Of a DNA stretch of 64,000 bases, positions 1 through 9,546 are shown in pieces. The translations under genes and the position numbers were made by a program. This DNA is from an uncultured Holophagales bacterium (lineage in GTDB: Bacteria; Acidobacteriota; Thermoanaerobaculia; Multivoradales; UBA5704). The DNA lies in assembly GCA_963842525.1 (NCBI GenBank), contig CAWJGT010000003.1, positions 1,824,001 to 1,888,000 of the forward strand, given 5' to 3'. The notes under the pieces are model-generated. The model ran no database searches and was not told the origin of the DNA. It saw nothing but the letters and a program-made list of their open reading frames with translations. The first letter of the stretch is position 1; every line of letters starts with the position of its first letter.

Positions 1-324
1 CAGCGCCGAGTCGATGCCGGAGAGCCCACGGTACGTCTCCATGTCCGGGAGCGCGATCCATAGGACCGGCGGGATCAGCAAGGCTGAGGCTGCGACGGTT
101 GCAAGGAAGGCCCGTCGTCCACGGGCCTCGCAGAGGACCGCGAGCAGGACGAAGACGGCGAGGTCCCAGACCAGATGGCGCACGGACCAGTGCGTCCAGT
201 GGCATGTCACCAGGCGCCAGATCTCGCCGCGGGCCATGGCCACGCGATCAAACTGGAGACGCTCCGCCCAGCCCGGGAGCTGGAAGAGCAGGGCCGGTAG
301 AGCCAGAAACAGCCAGCGTTTCAT
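1..324 (-). CDS. Rhombosortase / rhomboid-family intramembrane serine protease (partial, runs off window start)
   Basis: Not in ORF track; own translation MKRWLFLALPALL...GEIWRLVTCHWTHWSVRHLVWD...YRGLSGIDSAL shows rhomboid WR motif, conserved His residues and GLSG catalytic motif; RBS GAAGGAGG upstream. Confidence 0.85.
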   Translation of the reverse strand, partial: MKRWLFLALPALLFQLPGWAERLQFDRVAMARGEIWRLVTCHWTHWSVRHLVWDLAVFVLLAVLCEARGRRAFLATVAASALLIPPVLWIALPDMETYRGLSGIDSAL

Positions 325-350
325 CTCCACCCTCCTTCGACGTCCAGGAG

Positions 351-366
351 AGCGATCGCCATGCCA
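351..366 (-). promoter_or_regulatory. Putative sigma-54 (-24/-12) promoter for the rhombosortase gene
   Basis: Minus strand TGGCATGGCGATCGCT = GG-N10-GC spacing, about 27 nt upstream of the ATG, divergent from a sigma-54 activator gene. Confidence 0.6.
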
Positions 367-458
367 TCCCTGGCCGCAACGGCTCATCCTGTTGTGCAGA
401 AAAGGCTTGTCGGAAAAGGATGACTCGACCGTCTTCGGAGTGCATGGTAAAGGCCGGT

Positions 459-491
459 CATCCGATGTAGAGTGCATGTGCATCCGATGTA
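459..491. promoter_or_regulatory. Candidate upstream activator sites (two near-palindromic CATCCGATGTA copies, 22-bp period)
   Basis: Identical 11-mers at 459-469 and 481-491, roughly 100 bp upstream of the sigma-54 box. Confidence 0.5.
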
Positions 492-509
492 CGAGGAGGG
501 CCACTGATT

Positions 510-2072
510 TTGCCGAGCCGCTCGATCCTTTCCGATCGTGAGCGGGAGACGCTGGAGGCGATCTCCCGGCTCACCCACGGCAACCCGTTCGGGACCGACC
601 GCCTGCAGTGGGAGCGGGAGGTGCTGGGCGAGGCGTTCACGCCGTTCGACGTGGTCTGGCACGCGCGGGCCGACCGGGTGGACGCCAACCCCAACGTGCC
701 CCGCATCGCGGAGCGGGCGCAGGTGCTGGCGGAAGACCTGCGGGCGCGCCTCGCCCGCGGCGGTTCCGCGCTGCGCCACGAGCTCGAGCTCTACCGCGAC
801 CTCGTCTTCTATCTCCTTTACTACAGCTTCGAAAAGCGGTTCTACGAGGTCATCACCGGTGAGGGCGGGCTGCGGGGGGTCCGGTTCTACAGGGATTTCC
901 GGGCCGACCTGTCCTCCTGGCTCGAGCTTCCCGGGATTTCATGGAGCGAGCCGATCGATCCGGGCCACCTGTTCTCCTGCTTCTTCCAGATCCGGCGGGC
1001 CTTCCACTCCACATTCCATTCGATCGTGGGCGGATCGCTTCCGGCCGCCCGCCTGCGCGAACAGGTCTGGCAGTCGATCTTCACCTGCGACCTGCGGCGG
1101 TATCAGCGTTTCCTTTTCTTGCGTATGGGCGACATCACTACCCTGGTCACCGGACCGTCCGGAACCGGCAAGGAGCTGGTGGCGCGGTCCATTGCCGACT
1201 CGCGCTACATTCCTTTCGATGCGGAGGCCCTCGCCTTCCGCGACAGCGCGGAGGAGCCCTTCTTTCCTCTGAACCTCTCGGCCCTCTCGCCCACGCTCAT
1301 CGAGTCCGAGCTCTTCGGGCACTGCCGGGGCGCCTTTACCGGGGCCGTGGCCGACCGCGCCGGCTGGCTGGAGGTTTGCCCGCCTCTGGGCACCGTGTTC
1401 CTGGACGAGATCGGCGAGGTCGATCCGTCCATCCAGGTGAAGCTCCTGCGGGTGCTGGAGACGCGCAGCTTCCAGCGTCTGGGAGACACCAAGCCCCGCC
1501 GTTTCCAGGGCAAGATCGTGGCGGCCACCAACCGCGATCTCGCGGCCGAGATGCGCGCCGGCCGGTTCCGCGACGATCTCTACTACCGGCTCTGCTCGGA
1601 CATCCTGGTCACCCCTTCGTTGCGGGAGCGGCTCGCGGATTCGCCGCAGGAGCTTTCGGATCTGGTCCTGTTCCTGGCCCAGAGAGTGGTCGGAGAGGAG
1701 CTGGCCGAGGAGGTGGCGCGCGAGGTGGAATCCTGGATCGGCGAGCACCTGGGCCCCGGCTATCCCTGGCCCGGCAACGTCCGGGAGCTCGCCCAGTGCC
1801 TGAACAACGTCCTGATCCGCCGCGATTACCGTCCAGCCGGCGAGGGAGGGGACAGCGGAGCGCGGGAACGGCTCGCCGCGGACTTCCTCGCCGGGGGCCT
1901 GCCGGCCGAGGACATCCTGCGCCGCTACTGCACGCTGGCTTACCTCCACAGCGGCAGCTACGAAGAGACCGCCCGCCGGATCGGGCTCGACCGGCGGACG
2001 GTCAAGTCGCGGGTGGACCCGGATCTGCTAAGGGAGCTGCGCGATCCCGCCGTGAGGAGGGCCCATGGTTGA
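510..2072 (+). CDS. Sigma-54-dependent transcriptional activator (bacterial enhancer-binding protein)
   Basis: Walker A GPSGTGKE, ESELFGH, GAFTGA loop, Walker B FLDEIG, WPGNVREL, C-terminal HTH-like segment; TTG start with GAGGAGG RBS. Confidence 0.93.
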   Translation: MPSRSILSDRERETLEAISRLTHGNPFGTDRLQWEREVLGEAFTPFDVVWHARADRVDANPNVPRIAERAQVLAEDLRARLARGGSALRHELELYRDLVFYLLYYSFEKRFYEVITGEGGLRGVRFYRDFRADLSSWLELPGISWSEPIDPGHLFSCFFQIRRAFHSTFHSIVGGSLPAARLREQVWQSIFTCDLRRYQRFLFLRMGDITTLVTGPSGTGKELVARSIADSRYIPFDAEALAFRDSAEEPFFPLNLSALSPTLIESELFGHCRGAFTGAVADRAGWLEVCPPLGTVFLDEIGEVDPSIQVKLLRVLETRSFQRLGDTKPRRFQGKIVAATNRDLAAEMRAGRFRDDLYYRLCSDILVTPSLRERLADSPQELSDLVLFLAQRVVGEELAEEVAREVESWIGEHLGPGYPWPGNVRELAQCLNNVLIRRDYRPAGEGGDSGARERLAADFLAGGLPAEDILRRYCTLAYLHSGSYEETARRIGLDRRTVKSRVDPDLLRELRDPAVRRAHG

Positions 2073-2301
2073 CAAGGTCGTCTCTGCAGCCTCGAAGGTG
2101 CCGTTCTGGACGGTCAGCTCCTTCTCGTTCGAGGCAAAGGCGACGAGGTTCCCGGTCCTGAAGTCGAGCACGACCGTGAGGGTGTACCCGGACGAGGCCA
2201 GATAGGAGACGGCGTAGACGTCTTCGCCGACCTGGGCGACTTCGGACTTCTCCGCGCGGGCAGGCTTGCCCTTGGCCTCGCCGGTTTTTCCGTCGAGCTC
2301 A
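2028..2301 (-). pseudogene. 3' fragment of a MoaF-like beta-barrel protein lacking its N-terminus
   Basis: Translation AQVGEDVYAVSYLASSGYTLTVVLDFRTGNLVAFASNEKELTVQNGTFE looks like real protein; no plausible start before the eCIS-1 upstream region. Confidence 0.45.
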
Positions 2302-2314
2302 CGCCCAGATGGGG

Positions 2315-2341
2315 TGAGGGGGTCTCTCCTTCTCCCTCGTT
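2315..2341 (+). promoter_or_regulatory. ECF-type promoter motif A (TGAGGG-N17-CGTT), upstream of eCIS-1 sheath
   Basis: TGAGGG 2315-2320, CGTT 2338-2341; same spacing at five other upstream sites. Confidence 0.65.
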
Positions 2342-2453
2342 GTGTGGACGAGTAGATGAAGCGGCTCCTGGGGCGACCCGGAGCGGCGAGGCACCAACGA
2401 GAACTGTGCGCCCTGTCGGCCGGAAGGCGAGGGTCGCCAAGGAGAGAGCTCTT

Positions 2454-4367
2454 ATGCCAACGTACCTTCGGCCCGGGGTGTACGTCGAGGAGATCCCGAG
2501 CGGCTCGAAGCCGATCGGGGGAGTCGGCACTTCCACCGCCGCCTTCCTCGGATTCACCACCCGGGGGACGACCGATGATCCCACCCTGATCTTCAAGTGG
2601 GACGACTACCAGCGCCTGTACGGCGGGATTCGCGACACCGGGACCTCCGCCCAGGGCGACCCGATGGGCCATAGCGTCTTCGCCTTTTTCCAGAACGGCG
2701 GCACCGCCGCCTATATCGTGCGCCTGGCCGAGGGCGGCATCCGCTCCCGCGGCGCGATCCTGCACCCCGCTGCGGACACCACACTCTCGCCGGATGACCA
2801 ACTCGTCACCTGGACGGCTGCCAACGAGGGTGCCTGGGGCAACGATGTGCGGGTGCTGTTCAACCCCAAAACCGTGGGTGGTAAAACCACCTACGTCGCG
2901 CAGATCGGCACCGGCTCGGGCGACGATTTCCAGACACTCGAGACCTTCGGCGGGATGTCCCTCACCCAGGGCGACCCCCACTACATCGAGGGCAGGATCA
3001 ACGGCGTCTCCTCGCTGGTCACGGCGAAGGTCGAGCCCGCCTCGACCCACATGCAGGGCGTCAGCATCGGCCGGGATATGGCCAGCGTCGTCCTCAACAC
3101 CCTCAACGGCCAGTCGATGTCGGTGACAGTGGACGGCACCGCTCGCAACATCAGCTTCACCGCCAGCGAAATCGGCGACGGTGCCAAGCTCGCCGATGTG
3201 GCGGCCAAGATCCAGGAGAAGGTGCGCGAAGGCGAGAACGCTCCTGCCGTCGAGAATTTCACGGCCACGGCAGCCAACAACCGGATCGTACTGACCTCGG
3301 GCTCGCGCACCGCCACCTCCTCGGTCGTGGTCGCTCCAGCCGGCACGGCGGCGGTGATCCTCGGCCTGGGCACCGGCAACCAGGGGACGGAGCGGACGGG
3401 CGACCAGAGCCTGCGCCGTGTGCTCCCCGGGTCCAACCCCCGTGTGGAGGCCGCGCTGGCCAACGGCGGCGACGGCAGCACGGCGGGCAGCAACGCCTAC
3501 CAGGCCGCCTTCGCCAAGCTGGAGAAGATCCGCGACATCAGCATCCTCTCCCTGCCCGGCCGCGCCTATGACAACGCGGGCAAGGCGCTCGTCGACTCGG
3601 CCATCGCCCACGCGCAGAAGATGCGCAACCGGGTGGTGATCGTCGATCCGCCGCAGGGTGCGCAGCTCGTCACCGAGAACGACGTCAACGGCCTCGGCCT
3701 GCCGACGTCGACCTACTCGGTCCTCTACTACCCCTGGCTCAAGGTCGCCAACCCGTTCTACAGCGCCGAGAAGAATCCGGGCGCGCCGGTGACCGTGCTC
3801 GTGCCGCCGTCCGGCTTCGCTGCCGGCATGTGGTCGCGCATCGACGGCCGCCGCGGCGTCTGGAAGGCGCCGGCCGGCGTCGAGACGGCGCTCCTGGGCG
3901 TCGCGGGCTCCGAGTTCCAGGTCGAGGACGGCGAGCAGGACCAGCTCAACCCGCTGGGCGTCAACTGCATCCGCAAGCTGCCCAACTTCGGGCCGGTCAT
4001 CTGGGGCACCCGCACGCTGTCGACCAACGCCGACCCGGAGTGGCGCTACGTGCCGGTCCGCCGCACGGCCATCTTCATCGAGCAGAGCGTCTACAACGGC
4101 ATCCAGTGGGCCGTGTTCGAGCCCAACAATCACCAGCTCTGGTCGTCGCTGCGGGTCAACATCGATTCGTTCATGAACGGCCTGTTCCGCGCCGGAGCGT
4201 TCCAGGGCGAGAAGGCGTCCGACGCCTACTTCGTCCGCTGCGGCCTCGGCGACACCATGACCCAGGGCGACATCGACCGTGGCCAGGTCATCGTGGTGGT
4301 GGGCTTCGCGCCGCTCAAGCCGGCCGAGTTCGTCATCGTCCGCATCCAGCAGAAGGTCGGACAGTAA
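2454..4367 (+). CDS. eCIS-1 contractile tail sheath protein
   Basis: MPTYLRPGVYVEE start, FFQNGG, VWKAPAG, LNPLGVNCIR, WRYVPVRR, VFEPN, APLKPAEFV sheath motifs; ATG at 2454 after AAGGAGAG. Confidence 0.96.
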   Translation: MPTYLRPGVYVEEIPSGSKPIGGVGTSTAAFLGFTTRGTTDDPTLIFKWDDYQRLYGGIRDTGTSAQGDPMGHSVFAFFQNGGTAAYIVRLAEGGIRSRGAILHPAADTTLSPDDQLVTWTAANEGAWGNDVRVLFNPKTVGGKTTYVAQIGTGSGDDFQTLETFGGMSLTQGDPHYIEGRINGVSSLVTAKVEPASTHMQGVSIGRDMASVVLNTLNGQSMSVTVDGTARNISFTASEIGDGAKLADVAAKIQEKVREGENAPAVENFTATAANNRIVLTSGSRTATSSVVVAPAGTAAVILGLGTGNQGTERTGDQSLRRVLPGSNPRVEAALANGGDGSTAGSNAYQAAFAKLEKIRDISILSLPGRAYDNAGKALVDSAIAHAQKMRNRVVIVDPPQGAQLVTENDVNGLGLPTSTYSVLYYPWLKVANPFYSAEKNPGAPVTVLVPPSGFAAGMWSRIDGRRGVWKAPAGVETALLGVAGSEFQVEDGEQDQLNPLGVNCIRKLPNFGPVIWGTRTLSTNADPEWRYVPVRRTAIFIEQSVYNGIQWAVFEPNNHQLWSSLRVNIDSFMNGLFRAGAFQGEKASDAYFVRCGLGDTMTQGDIDRGQVIVVVGFAPLKPAEFVIVRIQQKVGQ

Positions 4368-4388
4368 AGGTATAGGGAGATACGAGAC

Positions 4389-4899
4389 ATGGCTGCTCCA
4401 CTGTTCACTGTCAATGCGCACCGTTCCGACCCATATCGGACGTTCAAGTTTCAGGTCATCATCGACGGCAAGGTCGTCGCCGGCCTGCGCAAGATGGGCG
4501 CCCTCAAGAAGAAGACCGAACCGGTCAAGTGGCGCTCTTCCAACGACCCGTCGCACGAGCGGATCATGCCCGGCGGCACCAGCTATGAGCCGGTGACGCT
4601 GGAGCAGGGTCTGACGCACGACCCGGTGTTCGAGGCCTGGGCAAACCTGGTCAACAACATCGAGGGCGACGGTGCGGTCTCGCTCAAGAACTACCGCAAG
4701 GACATCGTCATCAACGTCCTGAACCTCCAGGGCCAGGTGGCGATCTCGTACAAGCTGTTCCGGGCGTGGATCTCGGACTACCAGGCGCTGCCCGATCTGG
4801 ACGCCGGCAACATGAACACGGTCGGCATTCAGAGCGATCACCCTGCAGCACGAGGGCTGGCAGCGCGACGGCAGCGTGGCGGAGCCGACGGAGAGCTAG
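4389..4899 (+). CDS. eCIS-1 tail tube protein (T4 gp19/Afp1-like), one frameshift near 4835
   Basis: DPYRTFKFQV...PGGTSYEPVTLEQGLT...YRKDIVI; the expected end ITLQHEGWQRD...TES* is in a shifted frame. Confidence 0.9.
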
Positions 4900-4902
4900 T
4901 CG

Positions 4903-5696
4903 ATGCTGCCCGGCGGACTCTGGCATCAGGGGGAGCGGCTCCGCGACTGGTCCTTCGCGCCTCTCACAGGCGCGGTGGAGCTGGCGATCGCGGAGGCCGC
5001 TCGCGGGGTGGGGAGCCTCCCCCAGCGGGTCACGGCGGTGCTGTCCGCCGCGCTGGGGGAGCTTGGAGGGGAGGTGGTGAGCCCCGAGGCGGTGCGCTCC
5101 CTCTGCGTCGCCGACCGGCAGTTCCTCATGCGGCAGCTCGCCGTCGTGCTCGGGGTGGGGGACGACTGGATGGCTGCATCGTGCAAGCGGTGCGGGAGCG
5201 CGTTCGAACGTGCCGATCCGCCATGCGGAGCTGCCGGTCAAGCCGGCGGGGCAGGGCTATCCGTTCGCGGAGGCCGAGACGAGCCTCGGTCCCTTGCGGC
5301 TGCGGGTCGCCACCGGCGCCGATCAGGAAGCGGTCGTGCGGATCGAGGACCCGGCGGAGGCCCGGCGCAAGCTCGCCCGGCGCTGCCTGGTCGAGCCGTC
5401 CGCCGGCAACCTTTCGGACGAAGATTTGGACCGGATCGACGCGGCGCTCGAGGAGGTCTCGCCGGAGCTCGTCGACACAGGCGCAGGTGGCCTGCGTCGA
5501 CTGCGGCAGCCCGAGCGAGCTGTTCCTCGATCCCTACGTCTGCCTCTCGCGGGCCAGCACGGAGATCTACTCGGATATCCACGTGCTCGCCTCCGTCTAC
5601 CACTGGAGCGAGCGGGAGATCCTGGGCCTGCCACGCGAGAGGCGCCAACTGTACATGGCCCTGGTCGACAGGGCGCGAGGAATAACGGCGGACTGA
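4903..5696 (+). CDS. eCIS-1 baseplate/tail-assembly protein with two CxxC motifs and DUF6760-like C-terminus; frameshifts near 5208 and 5475
   Basis: Spliced from three frames: LCVADRQFL..CKRC / VPIRHAELP..LRVATGADQ / CVDC..IHVLASVYHWSEREILGLPRERR. Confidence 0.7.
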
Positions 5697-5723
5697 GGTC
5701 CGCTGCAACAAGGAGACGAAGCC

Positions 5724-7338
5724 GTGGGTTACCTGGCCGATGTAGTCGCCGACAGCCGCTCGCGGGGGACTCATGCCCCCATGCCGGAGGCTGCCGTGCC
5801 GGGGCTGGAGCCCGCGGAAGGAGAGGTCCTGGCGCCGGAGGAGATCACCGATCCCTTCCTGGACGCCGGGCCTCTCGTCAACGATCGGGCTGGGGCCGGG
5901 GTGGTGGGCTCATGGCCGCTGGAAGACCCGGCGGCCGCCGTCCGTAAGGAGGCAACCCCTTCTCCTCTGCGGGAAGACCGGAGAGTGGCTACGGGGGAGG
6001 CGAAATCCGAAAGGTGGAAGGGTCGTGAGGTCGGCGCTTCGGTGTCACCTCTTTTATCGGCTCCAACTGCTCGTAGGCAAGTACCCGAGCTCGCAAGTGA
6101 AGTCGCAGGACTCGTGGAGAGACCACAGGAGACCGCCACCCCGCCCCATCCGAATTTTGAACCTCACCCCCTGTCCCCCTCTCCCATCGCCCCCCCTGCC
6201 GCCGGGAGAGGGGGGACGCAGGCGGAGGCTTTGCGGGACAGGGAGCTCATTCGCTGATTCCAGGGACGTTGCCCCGACGCGCCCTCACCCCGGGTTGACA
6301 CCCGGGGCTACCCAGTTCCGCCCTCCGGGCTCCGGAATGCCCGGCTCTGGCGAGCCCGGAGGGCGCCATTCGGTAGCCCCGGGTGTCAACCCGGGGCGAG
6401 GGTCCCATGATCCCTTGGCCGCTGACCATGTGACCGATCTCGACGCAGGGGTGGGGCGCGGGCAGAGTCCTCACCCCCTGTCCCCCTCTCCCATCTCCCT
6501 TCCATCCCCCGCCGGGAGAGGGGGGACGCAGGCGGAGCGGCTGGGAGATACCACTCACTCTCTTGGAGCTGGGGCTGACAGAGGAGACGGAGGCCGGCGC
6601 GCTGAAGATCTACGAGGGGGTGGGCAGGGGGAAAAGCCCCAACGGGGCGCCGGCATAAAGCCTGGGGTTTCAACCCCAGGACAGCGGTCCGATTCCATCC
6701 CAAGCCCCGAAGGGGCGACGGCAGGGCAGCGGGGTTCTAACCCCGCGGGCGCGGCCCCGCCCGGGCATGAAGTGCCCGGGCTAGGAACGGCGCCGGGTGA
6801 ACCCGGCTTGAAGCCCCATTCATGGGGCGCTGTTGCTAGCCCGGCGACTTCATCGCCGGGCGGGATTGGCTCCCGAGAGCTCCCGGAGGACCCTCTCCCC
6901 CTGGCCCCCTCTCCCGTGCGTCCCCCGGCCCTCCACCCCGAACGGGAGAGGGGGAACGCTGTGGTGGCTGGTGGGGATGAGCCGACCGCAAGCGGCAAGG
7001 CCGTTTTCGCAGAGCCCGTCCCGCCGCGGCAGGACGGGGGGGTGGGAGCCTGGGACCGCGGGCGTCTCGCCCGCCCAGAGCCGAGCCGACAGCTTCAGCA
7101 CCGATCAGCGCCACCGCTGCCGCCCACCCAGGCCCTGTCCCTTCCTTCCTTGCCTCCTCTCGCCCGCCGGGCGGAGCGAGGCCAGGGAAGGGAGTCCCAG
7201 GCACCGCGCGTCAGCATCGGGACCCTCGAAGTCGTCATCACCGTGCCCGAGCCCACCGTTCCCCAGGAGGCTCCGGCCGCGCCACCTCCGAGCGCCGGCG
7301 AGTCGTTCGCCAGCCGTTTCTATCTGAGATCTCTGTAA
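5724..7338 (+). CDS. eCIS-1 low-complexity protein filled with in-frame REP-like palindromes; frameshift near 6240
   Basis: GTG start with AAGGAG RBS (MGYLADVV); C-terminus RVSIGTLEVVI...FASRFYLRSL typical of the eCIS gene preceding Pvc16; Pro/Gly-rich middle. Confidence 0.6.
5957..7192. repeat. Cluster of several different REP-like hairpin families inside a CDS
   Basis: CCTCACCCCCTGTCCCCCTCTCCC..GGGAGAGGGGG at ~6162 and ~6469 (variant ~6889); CCCCGGGTTGACACCCGGGGCTAC inverted pair ~6287-6396; CCTGGGGTTTCAACCCCAGG ~6661; GCCCCGAAGGGGC ~6704; further hairpins ~6760-6862, ~7044, ~7138. Confidence 0.85.
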
Positions 7339-7359
7339 GCGCCCCGGGAGTTTTCGCTC

Positions 7360-7920
7360 ATGCCGCTTCCTCTCTCGTCCCTGTCGCGCGTGTGCCGGTA
7401 CGTGGCCGACTTCGTCGGCTCCGAGCTGGAGGCGAGCACGCACTCGGTCCGCGTGCTGATCGGCTCTCCGGCCGAGGCGGCCAAGGATGCCGAGACCGAG
7501 CACCGTATCAATCTGTTTTTCTATCTGATCGAACCGTCCGGCTTCGGCTTTGGCATGGCCCCGGGCGAGACCTGGCTGCTGCGCCTGCACTGCCTGATCA
7601 CGGCCTTTGGCGCCGCAGAAAGCCCGGTCAGCTCGGGGGAGAACGACCTGCGGCTGCTCGGCGAGGTCCTGCGCGCCTTCCACGAAAATCCGGTCCTTCC
7701 GCCGCTCGACATCGATGGCTCTACCGTGCGGATGCAGGCGGTTTTCGAGCCCCTCACCCTCGACCAAATCAATCACATCTGGTCGACCCAGGGGGACGTC
7801 ACCTACCGTCCGTCGGTCGGCTATGAGATGACCCTGCTGCCGGTCATACCGAAGACGCCGGCGGTGGCGAGCCCGCTCGTCGCCGCGATCGACGTCAGCG
7901 TCCATGCGGAGGAGCCATGA
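7360..7920 (+). CDS. Pvc16/Afp16-family (DUF4255) tail terminator/cap protein
   Basis: INLFFYLIEP, LHCLITAF, LLGEVLRAFHENPVL, IWSTQG..YRPSVGYE. Confidence 0.88.
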   Translation: MPLPLSSLSRVCRYVADFVGSELEASTHSVRVLIGSPAEAAKDAETEHRINLFFYLIEPSGFGFGMAPGETWLLRLHCLITAFGAAESPVSSGENDLRLLGEVLRAFHENPVLPPLDIDGSTVRMQAVFEPLTLDQINHIWSTQGDVTYRPSVGYEMTLLPVIPKTPAVASPLVAAIDVSVHAEEP

Positions 7921-9260
7921 GCGCCTGGGCACTGGGCGTCGAGCCGGAGAACGCCATCCTCGCGCGGCCGGAGCTGCTGCGCGCCGAGTGGGAGCGCATC
8001 GAGCTGCTCGGCCACTGCCTCGACCAGTCGCGGCGCGGTCAGGAGGTCGGGAAAGAGGTCATCTCGCGCCTCCAGGGCCTCCAGTCGGAGGTGCAGCAGT
8101 CGCGGCCGGATGCCTGGCGGATCGTCGATGCGCCCGACCTCGCGCCGCATGAGTACGACCTGCTGGCCTGCGCGGTGGCTCCCGAGGCCGAGCCCCGGCT
8201 CGGATGGCTCTTCCAGAGCCTCCAGCCCGGCGCACCGCAGCCCTATCCGACCCCTGCCTTCGTCCACGACCTGCTGGCCATGGACTCCCTGGAGGCGAAT
8301 ACGCTCTATGAAGCGCTCGCCGACGGCGGCAGGCTGCGCCAGCGCAACCTGATCCGCGTGGACGGGGAGGACCCCTACCAGCCGATCCGGCCCGGTCCGG
8401 GGATTGCCGCCCGCCTGCTTGGCCGTCAGGGAGGCGATGCGGCCCCGCCCGGCGCCGTCAAGGTCACCGCGCGGCCGGCCTGGGACGACCTCGTGCTGCC
8501 GCAGTCCCACCTCGCCATGCTGCGCGAGCTGCTGCTCTGGGTGCAGCACCGGCGCATCGTTGTCGAAGAGTGGGGTGGCGGCGAGGTCGGCGGACCGATC
8601 GCGCTCTTCGCCGGCCCGTCGGGCACCGGCAAGACCTTCGCTTCGGCGGTGCTCGCCGCCGAGCTCGGCTGGCCGCTCTATCGGGTCGACCTCGGCCAGC
8701 TCGTCAGCAAGTACATCGGCGAGACCGAAAAGAACCTGAACCGCCTCTTCGACGCCGCACACGGCCGGCCCATGGTCCTGCAGTTCGACGAGGCGGACAG
8801 CCTCTTCGGCAAGCGCGGCGAGATCAAGGAGGCGCGCGACCGCTACGCCAACCTGGAGGTCAACCACCTGCTGGCGCGCATCGAATCGCACCGCGGCCCC
8901 TGCATCCTGACCTCCAACCTGCGTCGCAACATGGACCAGGCCTTCGCGCGGCGCTTCCAGGTCGTGGTCGACTTCCCGCGCCCGGACGCCGAGTCGCGCT
9001 CACGCCTCTGGGCCCGCCTGCTGCCTCCGCGCGCCCCCCGCGCGGCGGACGTCGATCCCGAGTTTCTTGGCCTGGCGGCCAACCTGACCGGCGGCGGCAT
9101 CCGCAACGCCGCCCTCCACGCCGCCTACCTGGCAGCCGGGGCGGGCACGCCGATCACCCTGGCGCACGTGACCCTGGCGGTCTGGCGCGAGCTGGGCAAG
9201 GACGGCCGCGAGCTGTCGCGTACCGACCTCGGGCCGCTGGCGCCGTACCTGGCGGAATAG
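7917..9260 (+). CDS. eCIS AAA+ ATPase (Afp15/Pvc15-like)
   Basis: WDDLVLP, GPSGTGKT, VDLGQLVSKYIGETEKNL, FDEADSLFGKR, DRYANLEV. Confidence 0.95.
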   Translation: MSAWALGVEPENAILARPELLRAEWERIELLGHCLDQSRRGQEVGKEVISRLQGLQSEVQQSRPDAWRIVDAPDLAPHEYDLLACAVAPEAEPRLGWLFQSLQPGAPQPYPTPAFVHDLLAMDSLEANTLYEALADGGRLRQRNLIRVDGEDPYQPIRPGPGIAARLLGRQGGDAAPPGAVKVTARPAWDDLVLPQSHLAMLRELLLWVQHRRIVVEEWGGGEVGGPIALFAGPSGTGKTFASAVLAAELGWPLYRVDLGQLVSKYIGETEKNLNRLFDAAHGRPMVLQFDEADSLFGKRGEIKEARDRYANLEVNHLLARIESHRGPCILTSNLRRNMDQAFARRFQVVVDFPRPDAESRSRLWARLLPPRAPRAADVDPEFLGLAANLTGGGIRNAALHAAYLAAGAGTPITLAHVTLAVWRELGKDGRELSRTDLGPLAPYLAE

Positions 9261-9263
9261 GCC

Positions 9264-9500
9264 ATGTGGTCCATCGAGCGGCTGCGCCTGGAGCTGCCGG
9301 CCGGCTTCGAGCACCGGGCTGGGAGGATCGCGCAGCTCCTGGCGCGGGAGCTGGAGGCGATCGCCGTGCCGGGAGACCTGCGTCTCCAGGAGCTGAAGCT
9401 GCCGCCGCTCGAAATCGACCCTGCCGCGGGCGATGGCGAGATCGCCTGGCAGATCGCCCGCGGCATGGCCCAAAGCATCAGTGACAGAGGCCGCCGGTAG
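9264..9500 (+). CDS. Small eCIS-associated hypothetical protein
   Basis: IERLRLELP start, 3 nt after the ATPase stop, high-GC3 codon usage. Confidence 0.7.
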   Translation: MWSIERLRLELPAGFEHRAGRIAQLLARELEAIAVPGDLRLQELKLPPLEIDPAAGDGEIAWQIARGMAQSISDRGRR

Positions 9501-9546
9501 CAAGAGTAGAATGGGAGGAAACCATGACCGCGTGAGGAGGTTTGCG

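Noticed and set aside
510-2072. Sigma-54 activator as the eCIS regulator
   Set aside because: No convincing -24/-12 box found before the sheath gene; the visible sigma-54 box faces the rhombosortase.
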